Assembly (NCBI GenBank): GCA_963666285.1
Contig: OY762711.1
Direction: 5' to 3' (one strand)
Origin: Sedimentisphaerales bacterium
GTDB taxonomy: Bacteria > Planctomycetota > Phycisphaerae > Sedimentisphaerales > SM23-30
DNA length: 64,000 nt
This document shows, piece by piece, positions 1-11,684 of this stretch. The first letter of the stretch is position 1. The number at the start of each line of letters is the position of its first letter. The translations under genes were made by a program, and so were the position numbers. The notes beneath the pieces were generated by a model. That model searched no databases. It was not told the origin of the DNA and saw nothing but the letters and a program-made list of their open reading frames with translations.

Positions 1-296
1 GGAATGACAGTGCAGAGGCTGGCTGCAGCGACAAACAGGAAGAGTGTTCCCAGAAATCCGAGATATTTCCGCGGCTTACTCAGGCCTACCTCCTCAATTT
101 GTTTCTCGATGCCAGTGACGACGATTTCCAGAAAATTCTGCCAGCGGGAACGTTTCAGATCCATGGAAAGCTTGCGGGTGATGAGTTTTGAACCGACGGT
201 CAATACGAGCATCAGTCCCCACGTGAAAACAATGGTGGAGTTGAGTTTAAGAAACCCATGTTGCCAAAATATCATCTCATCCGGACTAAGACGCAT
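1..296 (-). CDS. atpB: F0 subunit a of N-type ATPase, 5' part only (runs off window start)
   Basis: Manual translation from ATG at 296: MRLSPDEMIFWQHGFLKLNSTIVFTWGLM...RWQNFLEIVV; expected position after atpR in the N-ATPase order. Absent from the ORF track. Confidence 0.9.
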   Translation of the reverse strand, partial: MRLSPDEMIFWQHGFLKLNSTIVFTWGLMLVLTVGSKLITRKLSMDLKRSRWQNFLEIVVTGIEKQIEEVGLSKPRKYLGFLGTLFLFVAAASLCTVI

Positions 297-603
297 GATT
301 GGACTCCTGTACCTGGAGAGTGGTTTCTTTCTTCGCTCGGGTGAGCCGTGTTACGAAAAGTCGGGCAATGACAAATCCAAGAAAGCACACCAGCATCCTG
401 TCCCAATGACCTCGCCCGATAAAATAGAAACCAGCCAGTGCAATGTTTGTTCGCAGCAACAGGCTGCCAAAGAACCATAACGCCGGGTGTTGAGATGAAA
501 CACCTTTCTGAATCGTCCACCAAAGTCCGCCAAAAAACATCGAACCAAGCAAAACTCCTGTTACCAAAGCAAGTACCAAAGTCAAAGTTTCATTTATCAT
601 CAT
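286..603 (-). CDS. atpR: N-ATPase accessory membrane subunit AtpR
   Basis: Small hydrophobic protein with FFGGLWWT and SLLLR motifs, between atpQ and atpB. Confidence 0.85.
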   Translation of the reverse strand: MMINETLTLVLALVTGVLLGSMFFGGLWWTIQKGVSSQHPALWFFGSLLLRTNIALAGFYFIGRGHWDRMLVCFLGFVIARLFVTRLTRAKKETTLQVQESNHAS

Positions 604-923
604 TATTCTCCTGTTCGTCATGCATTTCCTTATCTTCCTTACTCACCCAATGCCAGGCATTAAGACAGCCGAGACCTAAGCCGATGAACAGCAGCATCAA
701 TGTCCAGGAATAACTTCCCGAATGTTGATTGTCCAGCCAGATGCCAAGCGCCGCACCGAGCAGTGTAGGAACCGCCACTGACCAACCGATAAGCCCCATC
801 ATACCAAGACCAAACCAGACGCCCTGAGTAGAGTTACGTCTCGCCTTAAGCTTGCGTGTAGCCTTCATTCCGACTTCTTGACTTAGTGGCGGCCTGGTCT
901 TTAATGGCTTTTTTTTAAGTTCT

Positions 924-931
<8 letters not shown>
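590..931 (-). CDS. atpQ: N-ATPase AtpQ (AtpI/AtpZ-like)
   Basis: GLGMMGLIGWSVAVPTLLGAALGIWLD...GCLNAWHWV motif; operon position. Confidence 0.85.
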
Positions 932-2826
<1,895 letters not shown>

Positions 2827-2999
2827 TCACTCCGTAAATGTGCTGCCTGTGACGGGAGGAGGGCAAAATCCCCCCCCGCTAGACGCGACGAACATCCCTG
2901 GTATAACAAATTCACAATATGGCAAGTAGTCTGTTGCAGATTGAATTCGCCAACAGATTATTGCGGAGGCGACCAGCTTGTCTATAAGCTCTTGTGTTT

Positions 3000-5408
3000 T
3001 CATTTAAAATTATTCCATTTCCAATTCCGGATTTCGGGTATATCCAATCCGGTCTTGTTAATATGTTTTCTATGTTCAATAAGTTTTTCTTCAAGCATTT
3101 TTTTCAGTTTAGTACCTTTATCACTTAATTGCGGCAAACGATTTATTACATCTATTACCAGGTGAAATCGATCGAGATCGTTGAGCACCAGATTGTCAAA
3201 ATAAGTAGTAATTGTGCCTTCTTCCTTATACCCACGAACATGAATATTTTTATGGTTTGTACGGCGATACGTCAACCTATGCACCAGCCAAGGGTAGCCA
3301 TGAAATGCAAAAACTACCTGCTTGTCTTTGGTAAATAAAGCATCGAAGTCACTATCACTAAGTCCATGGGGATGTTCGGTATCCGGTTCCAGTTTCATTA
3401 GATCAACAACATTAACCACCCTAATTTTCAGTTCAGGTAAATGTTCCCGAAGGATGGAAACTGCTGCCAAGGATTCGAGTGTTGGCACATCACCGCAACT
3501 GGCCATTACTACATCCGGCTGCGAACCTTCATCGTTACTTGCCCATTGCCAGATACTTATTCCTCTGGTGCAATGGTCTATTGCTTCCTCCATATTTAGC
3601 CATTGTGGCGACTGATATTTGCCGGCAATCACAACATTTACATAGTTTCGACTCCTTAAACAATGATCCATAACGGATAATAAGCAGTTGGCATCTGGTG
3701 GCAAATACACCCGAACAACGGATGCTTTTTTATTTACCACATGGTCAATGAATCCCGGATCCTGGTGAGTGTCGCCATTATGTGCCTGTTGCCAGACATG
3801 TGAAGCAAGCAGATAATTCAGGGATGCTATTTTTTTTCTCCAGGGCAATTTATTACTGACTTTCAGCCATTTTGCATATTGATTAAACATTGAATCAATG
3901 ATGTGAATAAACGCCTCATAGCAGCTAAATAGCCCGTGTCTTCCAGTGAGTAAATATCCTTCGAGCCAACCCTCACATTGATGCTCGCTCAACATTTCCA
4001 ATACGCGTCCTTCAGGTGCGAGAAATTCATCATTCTCCTCCATTTGGGCTTCCCACTGCCGGTTGGTGACCTCAAAAATGGAATTCAACCTGTTTGAAAG
4101 TGTTTCATCTGGCCCAAAAACCCTGAAGTTTTGTTTCTTTTGATTGAGAGCAATTACTTCGCGAAGAAATTCTCCAAGTTCGTGTGTGTCGGATGTCTGA
4201 ACCGAACCAGGCGATGGAACACAAACAGCACAGTTCCGAAAATCAGGCATAATCAGGTTTTGCAGTAACAACCCGCCATTTGCATGAGGATTATCGCTCA
4301 TTCTTCGCTGGCCTTTAGGTGCCAGTTCGGCCAATTCAGGCAAAAGGCGACCATTTGCATCAAAGAGTTCATCCGGTTTATAACTTTTCATCCAGTTTTC
4401 AAGAAGTATAAGATGATCGGGATGATCAGAGTCAACCAATAAGGGAATTTGATGTGCTCGAAATGTCCCCTCAATTTGGATACCATCGACAATTTTCGGC
4501 CCTGTCCAGCCCTTTGGTGAGCGAAGTACTATCATAGGCCAGTGTGGACGTGAAGCATCATTATTTCCCCTGGCATGTCTTTGTATTTTTCGGATTTTCA
4601 CAACAGCATTTTCTAATGCAGCAGCCATAGCCTGATGCATTTCTTCTGGCTCATCTCCTTCCACAAAATATGGCATCCAGCCGTATCCCTGAAGCAGATG
4701 CTTCAATTCTTCATGCGTAATACGAGCCATCACAGTAGGGTTTGCTATTTTATAGCCATTAAGATGCAGGATAGGTAGTACCACACCATCGGTTATCGGA
4801 TTGAGAAATTTATTGGAGTGCCATGCTGTAGCCAGCGGACCTGTTTCCGCTTCTCCATCCCCGACAACACAGGAAACTACCAGATCGGGATTGTCAAAGA
4901 CAGCCCCAAATGCATGACTGAGTGAATACCCCAGCTCCCCTCCTTCGTGAATTGATCCGGGGCAATCCGGTGAAACATGACTTGGAATTCCTCCTGGGAA
5001 TGAAAACTGGGTGAACAGTTTTTTTAATCCGGACATATCCTGCGTGATATCTGGATATATTTCGCTATATGTACCTTCAAGATAAGTATTGCCCACCATC
5101 GCAGGGCCGCCATGACCGGGACCAGTAATGCAGATCATATTCAAATCATATTTCTTGATAAGCCGATTCAAGTGCACATAGATAAAATTCAAACCTGGCG
5201 TTGTGCCCCAATGTCCGAGCAACATTGACTTTACATCTGTCAATTTCAGCGGCTCTCGAAGCAAAGGATTGTCACAAAGATAGAGCTGCCCAACTGCTAA
5301 GTAATTGGCTGCTCGCCAGTATGCGTTTATCTTTCGCAGCATATCGAACGACAATAGCTTGTTATTTCCATTTATATCTTCCAATACTTTATTTAATTTC
5401 ATGAACAT
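3000..5408 (-). CDS. xfp: Phosphoketolase (Xfp family)
   Basis: [41 protein letters not shown]; start placed at the ATG following a GAAGGA RBS. Confidence 0.95.
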   Translation of the reverse strand: MFMKLNKVLEDINGNNKLLSFDMLRKINAYWRAANYLAVGQLYLCDNPLLREPLKLTDVKSMLLGHWGTTPGLNFIYVHLNRLIKKYDLNMICITGPGHGGPAMVGNTYLEGTYSEIYPDITQDMSGLKKLFTQFSFPGGIPSHVSPDCPGSIHEGGELGYSLSHAFGAVFDNPDLVVSCVVGDGEAETGPLATAWHSNKFLNPITDGVVLPILHLNGYKIANPTVMARITHEELKHLLQGYGWMPYFVEGDEPEEMHQAMAAALENAVVKIRKIQRHARGNNDASRPHWPMIVLRSPKGWTGPKIVDGIQIEGTFRAHQIPLLVDSDHPDHLILLENWMKSYKPDELFDANGRLLPELAELAPKGQRRMSDNPHANGGLLLQNLIMPDFRNCAVCVPSPGSVQTSDTHELGEFLREVIALNQKKQNFRVFGPDETLSNRLNSIFEVTNRQWEAQMEENDEFLAPEGRVLEMLSEHQCEGWLEGYLLTGRHGLFSCYEAFIHIIDSMFNQYAKWLKVSNKLPWRKKIASLNYLLASHVWQQAHNGDTHQDPGFIDHVVNKKASVVRVYLPPDANCLLSVMDHCLRSRNYVNVVIAGKYQSPQWLNMEEAIDHCTRGISIWQWASNDEGSQPDVVMASCGDVPTLESLAAVSILREHLPELKIRVVNVVDLMKLEPDTEHPHGLSDSDFDALFTKDKQVVFAFHGYPWLVHRLTYRRTNHKNIHVRGYKEEGTITTYFDNLVLNDLDRFHLVIDVINRLPQLSDKGTKLKKMLEEKLIEHRKHINKTGLDIPEIRNWKWNNFK

Positions 5409-5479
5409 TTTCCTTCGTAATGCTAGTTGATTCATTGAGTCAGTATCCCTGACAATCATAATGTAAATATAGTGGAGTC

Positions 5480-5995
5480 TCATAATCCCGATTCAACAGA
5501 GCCATCTCCATCTGCGGCCATGATGTGATGACCACCCACATCATAATTGTTGCATAAATGAGGCTCCCAAGCTTTCTTACCATGGGTCAATTCTTTCCAT
5601 TTTTCACGGTCACGTACAATGTATGGATAGGGTCCCCACATGTAGAGGCCGCTCCAATATATCGGATATCCATAATACCCGTAGTAAGTTTCTTCGAATT
5701 GACGCGAGACAGGCTTGTCACTGTCCAAGGATGAACTATCCTCAATCTGCTTTTGGGTCAGGTCGATAGTAATATTTTGCTCCTTTTCATTAAAGACGAC
5801 TATTGCATACAAAAAAATCAACACCTGCATGATCTTAAGCCAATTTTCTGTCTCGGCAACCAAGTAGCGAATCGTCCAGTAATAGTCATCGAAGTAGAAT
5901 TCACAAACCTTCCCTATTTCTCCATCAAAACTAAGTAATTTATAGTTATTTAAGATAACTGAATGCCTTTAATAATTGTTAACATTTATGTTCAT
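5480..5995 (-). pseudogene. Degraded PRC-barrel domain protein
   Basis: Frame extends upstream as YKLLSFDGEIGKVCEFYFDDYYWTIRYLVAETENWL but is cut from its ATG by an in-frame TAA; stops at the start of the second barrel (GHHIMAADG). Confidence 0.7.
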
Positions 5996-6029
5996 AATTA
6001 CTACGGAACATTAAATGGTTACTTTTCAT

Positions 6030-7223
6030 CTATTTGTTCAGGTCTAAAATACGATAAACAATATTTGCAATCATCAATTCTTCATCCGTGTCAATAACGC
6101 GGACCACAACCCGACTAGATGCAATGGAAATTATACCTTTATTAACAATGTTCAGTTTTTCTTCGATTTTAATTCCTAGGAATTCCAATTTTTTACAGAT
6201 TCTGGCACGCACTTCTGGTGAGTTCTCACCTATACCGCCAGAAAATACCAGCGTATCCAGACCGCCAAGTGCTGCTGCAAACGCCCCAATCCATTTTCGA
6301 GTATAATAACAAAATAGCTCTACTGCTTCAGCTGCCCTAACGTCGCTCACCTGACACGCTAATAAATCACGCATATCCGAGCTGATTTGAGAAATACCCA
6401 GAAGGCCCGATCCATGATTAACTAAATGATTAAACTGTTCTGGCGTCATATTTTCTATCTGCATCAAATACCATATCACACCTGGGTCCAGATCGCCTGA
6501 ACGAGTACTCATTGGTAGACCGGAACTGGGCGTAAATCCCATACTGGTGTCTATACTTTTGCCCCCAAGAACTGCGGCCAGGCTAGCGCCATTACCTAAA
6601 TGAGCCAGTATCACTCGACTCTGAGATGCTTTTACACCGGCAACATGAGCAAGTTCTTCCAGCAAAAAGGAATATGATAAACCATGGAACCCATATCTAT
6701 GAATTCCTACCTCATCAAAACGACGAGGGATAGGCAGGAGTTGAGCAACACGCGGCATAGTATGGTGAAACGCTGTATCAAAGCAGGCAACTTGACACAG
6801 CCTGGGATATCGCTGTCCAAAAGCCTCAATCAATTCAATTTCGATTGGCAAATGATCCATATCGTAAGGGCAAATACGGTGCAGTTCAGTAAGTAAATCC
6901 GGTGTGACACATTCAGGTTCAGTGTGATTCATGCCGAAAACGACTCGATGGCCAATCCCATTGATTGACGAGAAATCAATCAACTCTTCAAGTCGGTCAA
7001 TCAGAAAATTAGGTATTGAACTTAAATCCAAAGGTTCAAGAATTCGACTGTTTTTCTGATTTCCTGATAAATCACTAAAAGCGAATATCGTATCCGATAA
7101 ACCGATACGTTCAATACTTCCATAGAAACATCGTTTTATAGATTTACCTGACTGATACAATGCAAACTTGACACTCGATGAGCCACCATTGATTGTCAAA
7201 ATAAGCGGATTAGCTGCTTCCAT
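6030..7223 (-). CDS. ackA: Acetate/propionate kinase
   Basis: INGGSSSVK, GHRVV, FDTAFH, RYGFHGLS, HLGNGAS, GGIGENS. Confidence 0.95.
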   Translation of the reverse strand: MEAANPLILTINGGSSSVKFALYQSGKSIKRCFYGSIERIGLSDTIFAFSDLSGNQKNSRILEPLDLSSIPNFLIDRLEELIDFSSINGIGHRVVFGMNHTEPECVTPDLLTELHRICPYDMDHLPIEIELIEAFGQRYPRLCQVACFDTAFHHTMPRVAQLLPIPRRFDEVGIHRYGFHGLSYSFLLEELAHVAGVKASQSRVILAHLGNGASLAAVLGGKSIDTSMGFTPSSGLPMSTRSGDLDPGVIWYLMQIENMTPEQFNHLVNHGSGLLGISQISSDMRDLLACQVSDVRAAEAVELFCYYTRKWIGAFAAALGGLDTLVFSGGIGENSPEVRARICKKLEFLGIKIEEKLNIVNKGIISIASSRVVVRVIDTDEELMIANIVYRILDLNK

Positions 7224-7857
7224 GAACGCTCCTATCTTCATTATATAATCCAAACGAAGCCAGTTTGGTGCACGTTGACTTATAATCCGTGTGACAAATA
7301 CTCCTGATCCCCAAGTCTTCCGCGACCTGGACTAACTTTGGGAGATTCTCAATATAGACCACCTGATCGGCTTGGACTTGTGCGATATCAAACGCCATCC
7401 GAAAAATATCGGCGTCAGGCTTTCGCAGATGGACGAAACAGGAAGAAATGAATAAATCCACAAAATCATCAAGCCTGAACGTTTGAATCCGATGTAAATT
7501 AAGTTCTCGTGCCTCGTTACTAACCACAACTATCTTTAATCCATACCGTGCTTTAACTCGACGAACCAACTCAATCATTTCCAGATATGGCTTTGACTGA
7601 GCGAAAATGAATTTCTGAAACTGAGCTCTCTCGAATGGTCGCTTCTTGTAAAACACCACGCGTCCAAGGTATTCATCAATGGTAAGTTCACCTAACTCGT
7701 ATGCATCTAAAACAATATTATGCCTGCTATTTATCTCATCAAGTTCCAGATTAAATGTTTTTGCCGCTAATTTTCGGGATTGATGCCCAAACCCATCGGT
7801 AAGTAATACACCGCCAACATCGACAAACAAACTTTTGATACCAGTTATTTTACTCAT
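7210..7857 (-). CDS. HAD-superfamily phosphatase
   Basis: DVGGVL motif I, SN motif II, RKPD motif III. Confidence 0.85.
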   Translation of the reverse strand: MSKITGIKSLFVDVGGVLLTDGFGHQSRKLAAKTFNLELDEINSRHNIVLDAYELGELTIDEYLGRVVFYKKRPFERAQFQKFIFAQSKPYLEMIELVRRVKARYGLKIVVVSNEARELNLHRIQTFRLDDFVDLFISSCFVHLRKPDADIFRMAFDIAQVQADQVVYIENLPKLVQVAEDLGIRSICHTDYKSTCTKLASFGLYNEDRSVHGSS

Positions 7858-7881
7858 AATATTTAATTCCGTAGGGTTATA

Positions 7882-10425
7882 TCATCGATGCCATAGTATG
7901 TGAGCAGCTTCCAATGGGACAGCAGCATTTTCATAATAAGGTATCACCCTTGCAGTATAGTCTGTAGCAGGTCGGGTTGCAGCTATCGCTATACTGTAGT
8001 TGCTGCCCACGTTTGCGTCCACAGTTTGCCCATTTTGATTCATTCCATGCTGTTCAGGACAATGGTCATTTAATCCATCTGCAAATAGCTCCACTCGAAT
8101 TGCATTCGAGTCAATGCCGTTGAGATGAACCTCGACTCTAAATAGATGCTGTTGCCCTCTGGTCTCAACCGAAACTTTGCCAAAATGGATTGCCGCCCAT
8201 TTTTGTTTAAGAGTTTGCTGCCAATTTACCAGCTGATTTCCCATTTCCCCATTATTAGACGCACGCGATTGATAGGAAGCTGATGCCGGAAGATAATACT
8301 TCTCTGTATAATCCTGCACAGTGCGATTGGCCGAAAACCGAGGTGAGAGTTGCGACATGCTTTCTCGCATTCGCCTGACCCATGCAGTAGGAATACCGTT
8401 TTCATCTCTATTATAAAACTCCGGAATAACCTCCAATTCAAGCAGTTCATAGAGTTCCTCAGCTTCGACAGCATCCCAGGCAGGATCTTTGCCATGCTCT
8501 TGACCGTCACCGATTGCCCAGCCAACTTCCGGGGTGAAAGCTTCCGCCCACCAACCGTCCAACTCTGATAGATTAATGCCTCCATTGACTAGTACTTTCA
8601 TGCCACTGGTTCCACTTGCTTCCCATGGACGTCTTGGTGTGTTAATCCAAACATCCACCCCACGTACCAGGTGCTCTGTCAAATGCATATCATAGTCACT
8701 GAGAAATACCGCATTAAATCGCACTTCGGAACGCCGGATAAAACGCACCCATTCCTGAATCATTTTTTGACCGGCCATGTCATTCGGATGAGCTTTACCG
8801 GCGATAATAAGCTGAACAGGACGATGAATGTCGGTTAACAAGCGAAGTAATCGTTCGGAATCATACAGGAGCAGATTCGGTCTCTTATAGGATGTAAAAC
8901 GGCGAGCAAAACCAAGTGTTAACGCATTTGGATTTAATAAATGCTCAACATCGTTAACTGACTCAGTCGATGCACCAGACTCTTCAAGTTGTCGAGATAG
9001 TCTTTGGCGAGCATATTCAACAAGAGCCTTGCTGGCATCTGTTCTAAATTTCCAGAGTCTGCTGTCAGAAATACATCGAATATTTTCTTTCAAGGTATCC
9101 ATTTTTCCGAGCCAGCGGTCTTTCCCGCAAGACTCAGTCCAAAGTTCATCGGCCGCAGCCGAATCCCAGGTTGGCGTGTGAACTCCATTGGTAACAGAGC
9201 TAATGGGCACTTCGTCTGCCGGCCAACGTTTAAATAGAGGTTCAAACAGATTCCGACTAACTTTGCCATGTAAACGGCTGACACCGTTTATTGCTCCACT
9301 TCCTCTTATCGCCAAATATGCCATATTAAATGGTTCTGTCAAATCTTCAGGATTTTCTCTGCCAAGTGCAAGCAAATCAAAGAGTGATATACCAAGCCGC
9401 TCTTGGGCATACCAACTTAAATATTGTTCAATAAGAGCTGGAGAAAAACGATCAAAACCTGCGGCAACAGGTGTGTGTGTTGTAAAAATGTTCCCTGCTC
9501 GCGTAACTGCCAGTGCAGTTTCAAATGACTGGCCAGAGTCTTCCATAAAATTTCTTGCTCGCTCCAGTACAGCAAAAGCAGCATGCCCTTCATTTAAGTG
9601 ACAAACCTCAGGCTTTATACCAAGCTCACAGAGCAATCTCCACCCTCCTATTCCCAGTATAAGCTCTTGTTTAAGTCGCAACTCGTGACCACCACCGTAA
9701 AGTTCACTCGTAATTCCTCTATGTGCAGGAAAGTTAGCCGCATCATTGGTATCCAGCAGGTAAAGTTTTACTCTACCAACCTGGACATGCCAGGCACGCA
9801 GCCATACCGAATAACCTGGGAGCTTTATTTCCAACCGCAGCCACTCCCCATTTGATTTTCGCAAGGGCGAAATTGGCAATTGACCGGGATCATTGTAAGG
9901 ATAGAGGGCTTGTTGTACACCATCCTTATCAATCACCTGGCGAAAATACCCTTGTTGATAGAGCAACCCAACCCCAACCACCGGAACACCAAGGTCGCTG
10001 GCAGCTTTGAGCTGATCGCCGGCAACGTTACCAAGGCCGCCCGAGTATATTGGCAGAGCTTCGCTCAGCATAAATTCCATACAAAAATATGCTACACAAG
10101 TCAAAGAAGTTTGTGGATGATTCTGTTGAAACCATGCCGGGGCTGCAGATTTACGATCTTTGAGCTTTAATAGTTCATTCACTTCGTTACGAAATTCCGT
10201 ATTCGCCAGTAATTTTCTAAGTTTTTCTCTTGAGACAGTCTGCAAAACAACCCATGGATTTTGTGTCATTTCCCACAATTCAGGGTCAAGCTGACTCCAG
10301 ACTTTATCACCATAATGACTCCATGACCATCGCATATCCAATGCAAGTTCAGCAAGACAATCGAAACCATCAACTTCTATAGGAAGAAAAGACTGTAATT
10401 TGTCAAGACATTTTCGTTTACTCAT
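7882..10425 (-). CDS. glgP: Alpha-glucan (glycogen) phosphorylase
   Basis: YSGGLG, HLNEGH, ARRFTSYKR, EASGTSGMK PLP-lysine motif. Confidence 0.95.
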   Translation of the reverse strand: MSKRKCLDKLQSFLPIEVDGFDCLAELALDMRWSWSHYGDKVWSQLDPELWEMTQNPWVVLQTVSREKLRKLLANTEFRNEVNELLKLKDRKSAAPAWFQQNHPQTSLTCVAYFCMEFMLSEALPIYSGGLGNVAGDQLKAASDLGVPVVGVGLLYQQGYFRQVIDKDGVQQALYPYNDPGQLPISPLRKSNGEWLRLEIKLPGYSVWLRAWHVQVGRVKLYLLDTNDAANFPAHRGITSELYGGGHELRLKQELILGIGGWRLLCELGIKPEVCHLNEGHAAFAVLERARNFMEDSGQSFETALAVTRAGNIFTTHTPVAAGFDRFSPALIEQYLSWYAQERLGISLFDLLALGRENPEDLTEPFNMAYLAIRGSGAINGVSRLHGKVSRNLFEPLFKRWPADEVPISSVTNGVHTPTWDSAAADELWTESCGKDRWLGKMDTLKENIRCISDSRLWKFRTDASKALVEYARQRLSRQLEESGASTESVNDVEHLLNPNALTLGFARRFTSYKRPNLLLYDSERLLRLLTDIHRPVQLIIAGKAHPNDMAGQKMIQEWVRFIRRSEVRFNAVFLSDYDMHLTEHLVRGVDVWINTPRRPWEASGTSGMKVLVNGGINLSELDGWWAEAFTPEVGWAIGDGQEHGKDPAWDAVEAEELYELLELEVIPEFYNRDENGIPTAWVRRMRESMSQLSPRFSANRTVQDYTEKYYLPASASYQSRASNNGEMGNQLVNWQQTLKQKWAAIHFGKVSVETRGQQHLFRVEVHLNGIDSNAIRVELFADGLNDHCPEQHGMNQNGQTVDANVGSNYSIAIAATRPATDYTARVIPYYENAAVPLEAAHILWHR

Positions 10426-11558
10426 AGTTTTCCCATAACAGTTTCGGATGATTTTATTGTTATGACCTCCATTAACTTGTCGAAGGGAACGATAAATTTT
10501 TTAACACCTTCATCTTCAAGCTGTTGAGTTATCTTATTGATGTCTATCCCAAGTCCAGGCAAACTTTCCAAAACCAAATTTGCTTCCATTACGGCATTTT
10601 CGAGGGTTGACTTTGATTCGCCGTGGTCACGATAGGCATCAATTGTTTCTAACGGAGCTGTATTTATAGTATCCGGCCCAATGAACTGTTCTATGTATTT
10701 GACATCACTATAGCTGGAGTCTTTAGTGCCTGTGCTAGCCCATAGTAAACGCTGTGGACGGGCTCCCTGACCAGCCAGTCGCACAAAACTATCACCTTCG
10801 AAGATTTCCTTGTATATCTGATAAGCAGCCTTTGCACTTGCTATTGCCACCTGCCCATGCACTTTCTTGGCAATTTCAACTTTCTGACCACCCGACACAA
10901 AGAAATTATCCACCAGTGGATCCACCAAGGTATCAATACGGCTTAAAAAGAAGCTCGCAACTGAAACGATATGGTTAACAGGCTTTCCTTGAGCTATACG
11001 CATTTTTAAACCTGAAATGTAGTTGGCGACAACCTGTCGATAGCGATGTACCCCAAAGATCAGGGTAGCATTAACATTGATCCCTTCGCTGATTAGTTGT
11101 TTTATTGCCGGCAGACCATCGGATGTTGCCGGAACTTTGATAAGTACATTCGGCCTATCCAGAGCGACCCACAATCGGCGGGCTTCTTCAACTGTGCCCT
11201 GCGTATTGTATGCCAGATGTGGGTTAACCTCCAGACTGACATATCCATCTCCTCCATTAGTCTTGTCATACAAAGATCTAAACTCATCAGCAGCACTCTT
11301 TACATCGCACTGACTTAGAGTTTCATAGATAGATTTAGCCTCCATTTGCTTGAGTGCCATCTCGCGAATGTCCTGATCGTAAATATCACTTTCGGCAATC
11401 GCCTTTTCAAAGATGGATGGGTTAGAGGTCATCCCTCGAAGCCCATCATCCTTAATTAAATACCGAAGTGTACCATCTGATATCAAATCACGTCTGATAT
11501 AATCGAGCCAAAGTGATTGACCGAGCGTTTCCAATTTTATCAAGTGATTGTCTTTCAT
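10422..11558 (-). CDS. tal: Transaldolase (long type)
   Basis: GQSLWLD, TSNPSIF, IKVPAT, RLLWASTG. Confidence 0.93.
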   Translation of the reverse strand: MKDNHLIKLETLGQSLWLDYIRRDLISDGTLRYLIKDDGLRGMTSNPSIFEKAIAESDIYDQDIREMALKQMEAKSIYETLSQCDVKSAADEFRSLYDKTNGGDGYVSLEVNPHLAYNTQGTVEEARRLWVALDRPNVLIKVPATSDGLPAIKQLISEGINVNATLIFGVHRYRQVVANYISGLKMRIAQGKPVNHIVSVASFFLSRIDTLVDPLVDNFFVSGGQKVEIAKKVHGQVAIASAKAAYQIYKEIFEGDSFVRLAGQGARPQRLLWASTGTKDSSYSDVKYIEQFIGPDTINTAPLETIDAYRDHGESKSTLENAVMEANLVLESLPGLGIDINKITQQLEDEGVKKFIVPFDKLMEVITIKSSETVMGKL

Positions 11559-11684
11559 GATTTCATCTCCTTCTGCTGCAATATTGCAACTTCATCCAGC
11601 CCGCCTTGTATGGTGATCAATAAATAATCCATATATTTACTCATTTCGATCTCATCTAATCATAATGACAGCACATACATCATA

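Noticed and set aside
11555..11620. Possible rpiB C-terminal remnant upstream of tal
   Set aside because: Only about 20 codons and it needs a frameshift; too weak to call.
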